The notes beneath the pieces are model-generated. The model was not told where the DNA came from. It saw only the letters and a list, made by a program, of their open reading frames with translations, and made no database searches. A stretch of DNA of 64,000 nucleotides, taken from the NCBI GenBank assembly GCA_030141605.1, contig JAQGDQ010000034.1, positions 186,001-250,000 of the forward strand. Reading direction: 5' to 3'. Within the stretch, counting starts at the first letter, position 1. Every line of letters begins with the position of its first letter. Origin of the DNA: Tubiluchus corallicola. Taxonomy: Eukaryota; Animalia; Priapulida. The position numbers and the translations under genes were made by a program. Positions 50,301 through 62,400 of the stretch are shown in pieces.

Positions 50301-53300
50301 TGCCGCGCCTATGTGAATGACTGATCCGTCTTTTGACCTCGTTAGAAATTTAACTAATTACCGGATGTCCGTGTAAGTGTATCTTATGGTTATCGGTAAT
50401 TTGCTTATTTGTCTGTGTTCATAGTTGGCTTTCTAATGTTTTTGCCTAATTTTGTATCTGGTAAGTTTTTGTCCACACGGTGCTGTGTTGCTTAGTTCGC
50501 TGGATGAACTGCGAGTTAGAGCATCTCCAAATTCTTGACGCTTTATTACAGAAGTTGGCACACTACAAGCTGGACTCTAGCACTCAACGACACATTGCCA
50601 ATCGTTGTGGCGGGACTGGAATCTACCTCATTATCAATACTTGAGACACTGGACCAGCACGTGTTCCCGAAGAGCATATACTCTCTCTACGAAGTAAATA
50701 GCCTGAAGCAGATTAGAAAATGAAATCACTTGCAGCAAGTATCGAATCAGGGATCACCCATTCATTTGTCTACCAAATTTAGCGATATTTTTACTTTGCT
50801 TGCCAAGCACTCACCGTGATCACGGACAAAAGTAGAAATGCTCGACATGTCTCTCGAGAACTTCACTTTATTCATTGGACGATCTGATTCATGGCTCACA
50901 GTTTGTTGTCGCTTCCACGGAATAACAATTGTGCAGTGATAACGGTTAGCAATGTAGCTGTCACCTAGTAAGAAAAGCAAAAAGCGAACTGCTCTCAAAG
51001 TTATTGGGAACGAGGAATATGTGACTGGTCAACCATTTGTCGATCAAAGTTAAGCTGCGCCAGCTTGGACCAGTAAGTAGATCAGTGACAGCATAAAAGC
51101 CGACTCAGTATGGTTTCGTCAGCCATACTGATCTCAACAGTTTATTTCCTTGAAGGAACTGCTTGAGAAGATGGCTAAGACATCTTTATAAATTGTGGAT
51201 TATCTTGAACAATTATCTTTGATAATAAAATGGATCCTGGTCCTGCCACATCGTATAAATTAAGTACATCCTGGTCTTGAGTGTTAGATATCGACCTGTA
51301 GACTGTGGAACAGTGGAATTGTGTAATGTATCATTTATCACACAGCGAATGTTATGATATACATTGTTCGTATATCTGCCATCCATGGCCCACAATGGCA
51401 GGCAAAACTGTCGTACTAAACATGGCCTAAAATAATTTTACTGTTTACTGTTTACTAATGTATAAATGTATATAATTTTGCACCTAATAAATAATAATTT
51501 TTTTTCCTAATCGTAATGTGTTGTAATGTAATATAATGAAACTTAACGTAATTACTGATTATGCATTTCAGACTCACAATCTCAAGTCAGTATTCTAAAC
51601 TAAGAGTTACATTATTATGAACTATAAGTAAAGGTTTTAAATTAGGTATGACTTTCTAATCTTAGGTAAGCATTTTTATGCCGTTTCTGAAAGTAAAACT
51701 AGTTTACAGAAAAATTAGCGAATTCTACCTGAATTATATAATAAATATAATAGCCCATTATATAATAAACTAGCTTTTTAATATAAGTGTCAAGATAGGG
51801 TATAATTTTCACGTACATCTGACATTCATAACTCATTCATCCAACACTTAAATGCAGCAAATTTTAATTAGCGCAACTGAATGGCGTAATTTACTACAGC
51901 ATTTACTCCCACCTGTGAGCATTAATTTAATATTTAATGTTACCTGAGCAGTTTTACTGCTTTTCATCTGAGTTCATACACCCCGGACGAAGGCGGCGAT
52001 CTATTAATCCTAAAATTAAAGATATTCTGATGTAATCAGCACCAGTGTCAATAGAAAAGGGGGGCGGTTGTAGGTTAAAATTAACGTCAGTGGAGGCCCG
52101 TTTTCTGTGGTTGCGTTTTGTGAATGCACGCGACCCCTGGTAAACTGTGTCAAGACGTGCCTAATTGATTTAAACGGTTCTTAGCTCCCCCAGCTGTCGA
52201 ATTAGCTTTTGTAAGGCTACCAGACAAGTTTGTTGCCATCCACGGTTTATTTGAGTAGTAAAGTATTAAGTTGTATTATATATAGACTGTATTTGTCATT
52301 TATTTGTAGAAAAATGCAGCAAAATGGTCGAAGTGGGATTGTTCTGTTATTAAGCGATGATTAAAATTCTCTACTGCGTACGAATTGTTCCTCATAAAGT
52401 GGCGTTTGCCTCGCATCCGGAATGCGTATACGTGATCTGGATGAGGAATAGACAAAATCGGTTTATATTGTTTTCAATGCACCCGTTTATCAGACCTTCG
52501 TTATGCGTTATTTTTTCTACAGCTATTTTTTGTTGATTTTTTATTCCGCAAGTGGATACGCATAAAACTTAAGAACAGTAATAGCATATTTGTTGTTAGT
52601 CAATTACGCCAAATTTCTAACCAAATTTCGAAACCATTGGTTAAACGTAGAGTGACGCCCCATTTATTGAATTCTTGAAACCAAATTTGACCGAAAGAAG
52701 TGAACTGTGAAAAAAATAAACCGGGCCTGGTACTGAACTAGGGGCTTTATATAATACTACAAGTACAACTATGAACAGTATTGGTTGGAGTCATTTTTGG
52801 TGAACTGTTAGGACTGTGGTAGACCTGTCATGATTGCAAAGGTCTGTTTGGTGTGGTGGCATTCAAATTGTAATATAAACGTTCTTAGTTCAGTTCCGGC
52901 TCAGTCCCGACTTTTTTCGAATTTCATTTATTTTGGCTTCAAAATTCAATCGTCGATTTATTCCGTCTTTATAATTTAAATTTTTTATGTTGTCGTTTAA
53001 TAACTTTGTTGCAATAATATGACTGGACGATTAGGTATCGAAAACTAGGACACACGTGCAGATGTCTGAAATTTACTTGTGTTGCAATTTAATGATTAGT
53101 GGTTTTCATAAATAATGTACGGTCATTTGTTGCAATTAAATCAAACTTGCCGTGATGCAACCCTTCATGCCTTTATCTATTATTTACCATAAGCTGTCTG
53201 CCGATGGAAATTACCTGTTGACTGAGTCATGCGCATGTTTGCTCCGATGTGGCTTGTCAATGAGAACCGAAAGGGGTTGAATCGAACTAAATTACAAATG

Positions 53301-53398
53301 ATGTTGACATATTTCGTATATCTAAGTTGACACGACATCGCTTTTTATTTCTGCAAGCACATAATTGGCATCTTTGTCTGTCTGTCTTTCTCTCTTTT

Positions 53399-53429
<31 letters not shown>

Positions 53430-56400
53430 GCTCTCTCTCTCTCTCCTCTCCTCTCCTCTCCTCTCCTCTCCTCTCCTCTCCTCTCCTCTCCTCTCCTCTC
53501 CTCTCCTCTCCTCTCTCCTCTCCTCTCCTCTCCTCTCCTCTCCTCTCCTCTGTTTCTTTGTCTTCTTTCCTCTTATTCCTCTTGTTTTTGTGTGCACCAA
53601 GGTTTTTATCATTAGTATTTTAACTACTTTTATGTTTTTTGCAGAAGGAAGTGATAGTGGAGTAGAAGAGGAACATCCAAAGGTAACAAAAAATCTAATA
53701 CTAGTGTCACTCGTGCAGTAAAAACATCATTCTACAAAAAACTGTCTGATGCAAACTGTCAAACATGCAAAATTTGTCTGCCCACGATGACATATGCATG
53801 AAACAAACTGTATCAGTAACCTCAGTAACCACTCATTAGGTAACAGGTGACTAAATGATTTTTTATTGGTCTCTGGTTTTGTTATTGGAGGTCACACACG
53901 AGAGCAGAATGAGTTTGTCTACGACAGAAAGTTAAGTTTGTTTAATAAAAATCTGTGTGTGACAAACTTGCTAAAACAGACCCGCAGACGAGCAAAAATG
54001 TGTCAGACGTGTTGTTTCAGACAGATTTTGCATCGTGCTCATCCTGTATAAGTTAATCAATGGCCATATGGTTGAAGCATGAAATATTGCCGAGGGAGCA
54101 TGTATGCACATCCAAACGTAACTGGGACCCCTCTCCTAGTCAAGTTTCGCATGTTAGGGGGCTAGAGCGTTGATAGTGGACTAGAAACTGGTCTACTACA
54201 ACCACGTTAAGCAGACCTTGTACCGAATGCTGGATTTCAGTTTGCAGAGTATGTAACATTGTAAAGAATAGATGTGTAAGAACTAAGAGAAAGCTAGACA
54301 TTTTCAAACATTGTTTCTACAATTCCTAAGTCAAAAGTGCAATAAATAATTCAAATATTAATGTTTAGAAAATTTACAATTAGTTAAGGCTGTGTTTGGC
54401 ATGCTTAATTCTACAAAACTTGCTTTATGAGCAGTGAAAAGAGTGAGGATGTTTCCATGACCCTAACAACAATATGTATGTGAATGCTTTTGATTCTAAT
54501 ATTGATTACTGCTATGGTAATGTTTCTTTCCTTTCATAACGTTCACTGGGCTTATTATGGATTAACGTATTAGCCACCTAGCGGACGCATACTTTCTCAC
54601 CTGTTTCTGTGCTGAGTGAAAATCTGCTGCGCGTTTTTCTTCTTTTCTGTTTGCATTTCATCTCGGCTTAAATGGATTTGCTGTTTGAACTTAAAACGGT
54701 TGTTGTTTGACTTTGGATATTAATGAAGTGAGCTATTTGGGGATAAGAAACGGTGAAATATGTGTTGATTTTTCAGCTTGCTGTTGATTTTGTTGGTGAG
54801 TTACCTGGCTGGAAGAGAAACAGTCTTTCTTTCTGTGCAATTATGCGTTTACTAGATCTGTTTTCAAACAAACTTTGATAAATTACGGTCTATTTTCTTT
54901 CGTTGGTGCAGATGAAGTGTAACCTTCATAAATAGTGGAAGAGCCTCGAAAGATGTGTTTTTTCTGTTCGTCCTCGATTATCACGAAATGTATCGCAAAT
55001 TTTTCGTGAATATTGTTTCATTCTTTACAATGCTGTCAAAATACACCAACCAAATCGAATCAAACAATTTAATAATGATGATTTCACGTGAATTTGTTAA
55101 ACTGAAATGCTTGGGCAAAAATTTTGAAAAGATCTGGAAAAAGTTTCGGTTAAACATAATTTGAATGGAGTTCATGGCTGCTTTACTTGCGAGACAAGTA
55201 CTTGCAGGCAAAAAGTTTTAATGAAACTGTGAAACAGGAATTTTTTTCTGCTTCCCATGCATGTACAATAATGCAGATCAGTAGATGTAAATCATTTATT
55301 GAGTAGCTACGTTATTGCTAGCTTCATGCTAAAACGGGAGTTTAATTTTGCATTTTGATTTTCAGCCACCAATGGCAGAAGCTGGAGATGCCAAAGTAGC
55401 TCCACCTCCACCTGCTGTCGAAAATGAGGCCCCGCCTCCTACTCAGAAGAAATCACCTGGTGAGTAGACTGCTGAATGATTTCTCATCGCATCTTTTGTG
55501 GCATTCGTGTGTCAAAGAATGGACAAGTAACCGTTGTGTTAATTTGCTATATTGAGTTTGGCTATTTCTTCATTGAGAATAAAACACTTATGCTCACTTT
55601 CTGTAACATAAGATGAAATGAGTTATATTCCAGTCCTGCCGCAACCAGTCACATTAAGTATTCCTGTCACTCCTGTTTGCTGTGTATTAAACAGTATAAA
55701 AATTTTTAATAATAATTTACAGCACGAGGTGCGAAATCATTTTTACCTTAAATGAACAACAAGTTGACTAGTAACTCCAATTTATCGACTGGCTGCTTTT
55801 GGTGCAGCATTTAGATGCAAGCATTTACATTTTTCGGAAAGGGAATGTTTCGGAATTAAATACAAATTTGTACGTAAATTTGCCACAGGGGTAATTTTTT
55901 AACTAAAAGGTTTCTGTCGTTTTCAGTCATTTAGACTTTCTTGTCTGCAGGTTTTTTAACATGATGCAATTTAAGATATTGTAAAATCAGGAATTTATTC
56001 GTAGCTAAAAAGCCTGCTGAGAAAACAGCAAAACCAGGCACTAGGAAACCTGCCGCAACAACCGGTATAGCGACTACGGCAAAGAAGACAACGACAAGTA
56101 CAACCAGTGTGAGTGGAATGAGAAAACCTGCTACACAGTCAACAAGTAAGACTTCGGTGACTGCAACTAGGCCCGCCAAGGTATGCTTTTTTGTTCATTT
56201 GCATTTACTAAAGGAAGTGCCCGTTTTTACAATTTTTATTTTATAGTTCAAAATGATCTATAGTCTAAAATTGTTTCAATATATAAAAAATTGTTGTTTT
56301 TTAAGAATCGTGTTTTAAGAATAACTTGCATTAAAGAATTACATCTCAGAATTCTAATTTGTTAGCCTTTTTATTCCTGCAGGCTTTCGGGCATGCTTAT

Positions 56401-59400
56401 TTGGTGTTACTCAGATTGACGACAGCCCAGCTTCTTGCAACTTAGTTGCAAAAAATACATGCTTGTTGCATAAGTAGAACACAACTGAGTCATGACCTCT
56501 GTGCAGCCTTGCGCAACAAGCATTTGTTCAGCAGTGATTTTGAAATTGTGAATTCGAAATTTTCTTTTTTGAATTTTTCTATTTCACCGTCATTGTCATG
56601 CTGCTTTGCAGTAATTAGAGTTTCGCTTTTCCAATAACCTGAAAAAGGTGCCTTTCAAAAAGTTTCGTTATTACTAGGCATCATTGCCAGCTATTGTTTA
56701 ATTATTAAAAACATTTACGTAATTGTCATAGGTAATAAAATGAGCAAAATAGGACGTAGGTCAAGATCGGATACGTTTTGAAAAGTCATCCTGTTTTCCT
56801 ATTTAAACATGGCTGTCTTTTTGTTTTAGTTTTGTTTCAGAATTGCAATTTTGTAAGTAAACGTGTCACGGTGGCAATTTTTTAAAACTAAAAGGTAAAA
56901 GGTAAGAACACGGCTACACCTTACTGTTGTATTCAGCCATCCAAGATTTACGTGTTTGCAGTTTTTTGACTCAGACTTTGGCTAGCAAGGAAAAAGGTTT
57001 TTAATTCGGTATATTACAGAACACCTTGTACTTGATATGAAAGCAGCAACTGTAACCATTTGCAACAACTGCTGCACCATATATAATTTATATGTATTTA
57101 ATCTAAGTATTTATATGTATTTTATGTAATATATTTCTATTTATATGTATATAAATTTATATGATCACCTAAACATGTAATGAGCACTTAAGCATAATTT
57201 GATGTTTAAACGTCTTAATTATGGACAATAACTTGCCATCAGGCTAACAAATTCACATTTAAAGAATACAGCTAAATGCTTAAACATTTTATTGGGTTTG
57301 CTCTGTTCAACAGAATTTTAAAGGAAAATGGGACAGTTTTTCAGACCAAGCTTCGTTTTGACCCATAGACTGCAGAAATCATTTTAAATTATAAAAATGC
57401 GAAATGTTAGCTTAAAAATTTGATTAATGACTGTCGACAGCTATTAGCGATGTTCTCAGAGTCCAGGAAGATTTTCATTTGTTAGAAATTCAAATGCAAA
57501 AAATGAAACTTGAATTAAGGTGCTCCTAACATTGACTGTGAAACAAGTTCTAGGCAAGTTTTAAGTTTCAAATTTGCTTGACCCCATAAATGTGACATGT
57601 CTGGCTGATAAGGTACAGTACTTGTTCTGTACACAGCACATTAACTAACCAAATTAGGCTTCTGCTGTCATAATTCTTTAATGTTAATGTTAAAAAACAG
57701 TATCAGTTCTTTCAATTTCCTATTTTACTATTAAACATTTTATTGTATACTGTATTAACACGTCAATTCATACTGAAATAGTTTAATGGGTACAGGAGAT
57801 GTACCCAAACTTTCAACTCCCCAGCGGCAGCAGTCCTTCTGAGCTTTAGCTTAATGTATGATACTGTTTTTCTTTAAGAAAAATCATTTTCCAGCAAAAC
57901 TGTGCAGACTGTAGCCATGAATTCCCAGTTTAGCACCTGCTTTCAGTAATTTTATTGAAATGTTTTGTGAAGTTTTGAAAACTATGGTATTTTTAATGAA
58001 AAGTCTTAGTTTGTGATTCATGTCATAGTAGCTCTATCATCTGTTTTTCCCAGATTTTACTGTTGCTCTTTTCACTTTAAATTGTGTTTGTTTAGAAACC
58101 AGCAGGACCGAGCGCCGAAAGGAAAGCTCCGGGAGCTGCATGGAATTCTGGGTCAGTAGGTGCAACGGGCGTGGTGCGAAAAACACCAAGTAGCAAAGCT
58201 TCACTAGGTAATATACAATACAATACAATACAATACAATATAATATTAATACAATATGATACAATGCAATACAATACTATAACACAATATACAAATACAA
58301 TTAACCTAAATATTTGGTTTAGCATCATTATACATTTTTTATAAAAACAATGCATTTAAAGAATCCAATGAGTATTCCAATTTGTTTAGTATAGCAATTA
58401 TGAATTAATATATAGACTGGCAAAGGACCCCGCAAAAAATTTTGTGTATAAATACACGTATAATCAAAAATACGCGAACATCCTACATAGTGTTCGTTTA
58501 CTTACCTAACACAAAGCCAGTAGCAGCAGCTTTTACTGAATTAAAGTTATAAGATTATAGACAGAGCATAATGGATGATGCCAGAACAATGGCTTTGCGT
58601 CAGCAGTTTTGTAAGCGAAAATTGCCGAAAATAGAACATCTAATTAACTCGTCGATACTCCTCTTGGTGGACGTGTCCTAAAATATAGCCCACATCATCA
58701 TGTAGCCCTGTTCTTCCTCTTTCTGAAAAGCTGTATATCTCCTTCCGAGAGTCCCACCAGGCGCCACTAGAACGTTTTTTCTGCATGCTGTTTGGTCAAA
58801 ATTTCGAAAAAATCGCGAGTTGGGTCTGGGAAAACGCCTGTTACGGGACGCTGTGGCCCTCTCGCGAATTCTAAATATGCCTATGACACCCACCGCTGAA
58901 TGGGCTATCTATCTATAGCCAGCACCACCCAGCCCGTTCCCGTTCTTCAGATCTCAGACGTATAACTTTTGCAAAAAACGGCCAAAAAATGGCCATTTTT
59001 GGAGGTTTTTCGCCCCCCCCCCATTCGTCCCAGTGGGCCCAATTCGAAAAATAAACCCCCAATGGCACGACACTAGATTGAGACCTTTCGTTTGATGTAT
59101 AGATCGCCGCAAATGGTGCCGTCGTCGGAGCTCTAGCCTCGAATCTTATATAAATATATACCAGTAGAATTAATATATAGACTAGCAAACGCCCCGCAAA
59201 AAATTTTACGTATAAATACATGTATAATCAAAAATGCGCAAACATCCTACACAGTAAAAAACTTTGCTGCTAACATCGTAATTTCGCAATCATCACTGCT
59301 TAGTAAGAGTTTGAGTTTATCCTCATCAGTAAGTGACAAAAGTAGGACTGAAAGCACAAATTTCATTTAACGAAATCTCTGTATCATAGCAAAATGTTCT

Positions 59401-62400
59401 TCATTTTCAATTTCTTGACTGATATGACCGCCTTAGTATATGAATCTTTATTCAACAAAACAGTAGCATACTTTTATTTCATTCAAACTACATCGACGCT
59501 TCATATTAATTGTTATTCAATGTACTATTGGCGTCATACTTTCTGTGCTCATATTTTCTGAAAAGTATCCAGGCTTTGAATTGCATTAGCAGTGTTATAA
59601 TTGAGTCCTCACTGCTGGTGTCCGAATTCGACCTTTAGTGTTATAATTTCAACATATAAAAATACGCCACCAAGTCAAATTAACGATTAAATATTTTGGT
59701 GGTTAAATTAAAATTTAATTATGTTAAAACATTTTATTAAAATATGGAAGCTGCTGGTTCTTAACTTGTTAAATTTTAATAAAAATTTAACTGATTATTA
59801 ACTAACATTTTTTGGTGATGAAATTAATATTTAATCAAATTACAATGTATCATTGAAATTTAGTATATTTTCGTTCTAAAAACATTAAAATTTTATTAGT
59901 AATTTAACTAATTGTTAATTTAACTAGGTGGTGTGTTTTAATATGAGGATTTTATTGGCTTTTTGTTCTGAGTTAAAGCATAGTTCATAGTAGAACGTTA
60001 TTTTACACATAACGCATCATCTTAATGCATCTATTTTTATAAAACTAAAATAGTGCAAAAAGACTATTGTATAATTACACTGAATTTTTTAATATAGTTT
60101 TAATGAAATTGTTTGCAATTTCATGATTCTGGCACTACGGGAATATTTTATGGCGGCGTATGTTAAAAGCATCACAAAATAGCAGACACAGATATAAACT
60201 AGGACTCCAAAGAAACAAATCAGCGGAACAATGGGAGGGTTTATACTGTGGGTGCTGTGAAAGCTTCTTTTGTGAATCCAGTAGCGAATCATTTTAGATC
60301 ATTCTGTGATCTCTGAAACCACTGTGTAGAGTCAACTACTCAAATATAAGGAAGCCACCTGCATGCTTCAAAATGTTGCACAAGTGCCCCCTTTTCAGTT
60401 GGTGTTTTTCAAAAGTGTTTGGGAAAAACACTTACATATATATTTATCCTCAAGTTCATGCAACCTAGGGGCTCCCTAAAGGTCCCTAAAATGTGGACTC
60501 ATGTCCCTCATTACGGCACAAATAAAATGAGATTTGTCGTAATTTTAAGTTTGCAATTGTTTCTTTGTGCAAAACTTTTATTTTGATGGCTACATTTTCC
60601 CCGTTATGTTTTTGCCATGTTTTACACAATTAAGTGATTATTTAAATTACCTAGCAACTATTCTGGTTGAAAATCTGCAGCAATTTTTTTAATGCTTTTT
60701 TCGTTGGTCTTATGTTATGTCACTTATTCTGTTTGCATGTTGTCATGGTGATGGGCACTTATTGCATGACACAGGCACAACACCTAAACCACAAGTACGA
60801 AATGTAAAGTCAAAAGTCGGTTCTCTGGATAACGCAGCTCATAAACCTGGTAGGTGACTCCACTGTTTCTCTATATGTATATTGTCTGTAAGTTGTCTAT
60901 TTTTTTAGTCATTAAATGCTACCTTGCGCATACATACTATGGAATTGACTTTAATTGTTTTTTGTTCTTTCTTGTTTACTTGTCATTTTTGGGCAGCGTC
61001 ATAAACTGCTCCAATTCTGAACAATTCTTTTTTGCTGGATTTTCCTTTTTCACTTAATTTCTTCTTAGTTATAATAAATAACACATTTGGCACAGTCTAG
61101 ATATGGAGTATTAGTTGACTGACCATAATGAGCAATTAAAGTTCAGCAGCACTAGGCCTAGTTAGTAAATGGCAGTAGCTGCCAGAAAAATCCTTCTGTA
61201 CTGTTTTCGATTATTAGTATTGTCAAAGGAAGGAGCATTTATATTACATCATAATCTAAATGTGGATATTCGTAAGTATGGAGTATTAGCTGAGCGATCC
61301 TAATGAGCGACCAAAATTCAGCAGCACTAGGCCTGATTAAAAATTGGCAGTAGCTGCCAGAAAAGTCCTGTACTGCTTTGTTTATCATACAATTAATTTT
61401 GTCAAAGAAAAAATGAATTATGTTTAAACTTGGTTGAGAGACTCTGCTGGTATTATTTTTATGCAGTAAACTAGTTTCTTTTCCACCTCTATCTGAATTA
61501 AGTCGTTATTATAATGGTGCTAGATGTGATGTGCCAAACTGTATGTAAAAAGCTCTTGAAAATCCATGAGTTTTGATGCTACATCTTTATGTGAACATTA
61601 TAGTACAATTGCTTTTGTGTAATTGTTTATTAATGTAACAGCATTTCAAATTCTAATCTGTTCTATTCTTCAAATAAATTTGGCATGTTAACCGGAGTGT
61701 ACGCCACAAAAGTTAGTGCTTCATCAGTAATAGGTATGACAGGTTTTAAAAACTGCCTTTAGTTTGTGGGCTCTTCATTATCATTAAAAAGGGTTTTCTT
61801 TTTTGCCTATAGTCTCAAATTTTTAGTTTGAATTTCAACTTTGGTGTTTTGCAGGTGGTGGTGGTGAGAAAGCAGTGGTTGACAGAAAAACTTCAACAAG
61901 ACCTAAAGTGGGCTCAGTTGACACTAAACCGAAACCGACTGGTGCGGCTAAAAAGGTAATCAAAAAGTGTTATTTAACTAGTATTTGAGATGCAAGAACA
62001 GGTTCTGATTTGTCAAGCACTGCCATATTGCAATGATGGGGGGATTATAACTGATACTCTTTATTCTAAAACAGAACAAAGACTGCTCTAAGTCACTTCT
62101 ATGCTCACACTGCATACAGGCTCAAGTGGTTCAAACTCACTCCTATCTTAAATGTTGTACATTGCAAGCAGTATTTTCAGTTCGAGTTTAAAAATGTGTG
62201 GGTTAATGTGGATGAGCTCATAGCTGAATGGTCACGACATTGTGCTTGGCAATTTGTTAAGAATGGTACTGATGCCGGTCATTTAAAGGATGGTCAATTG
62301 TTTGGTTCAATACTCGTTTGAGGCAATTTCATAGAGGGGAGTGCATTCACATCCGAAGGTAGCTAACATGTTGATTCATTGCCTCTTCTCATACTCTTAA

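Noticed and set aside
51105-51131. Small hairpin tcagtatgg...ccatactga
   Set aside because: A 9-11 bp stem is too short for a pre-miRNA and plausible by chance.
33283-53644. Conserved bilaterian miRNAs or snoRNAs in the long introns
   Set aside because: Only seed-length matches were found by eye, with no precursor hairpins. An Infernal/Rfam scan would be needed to exclude them.
61102-61410. CRISPR-like or ncRNA array (also 40276-40528 and 34099-34350)
   Set aside because: Only two long diverged copies, no repeat-spacer pattern, eukaryotic context.
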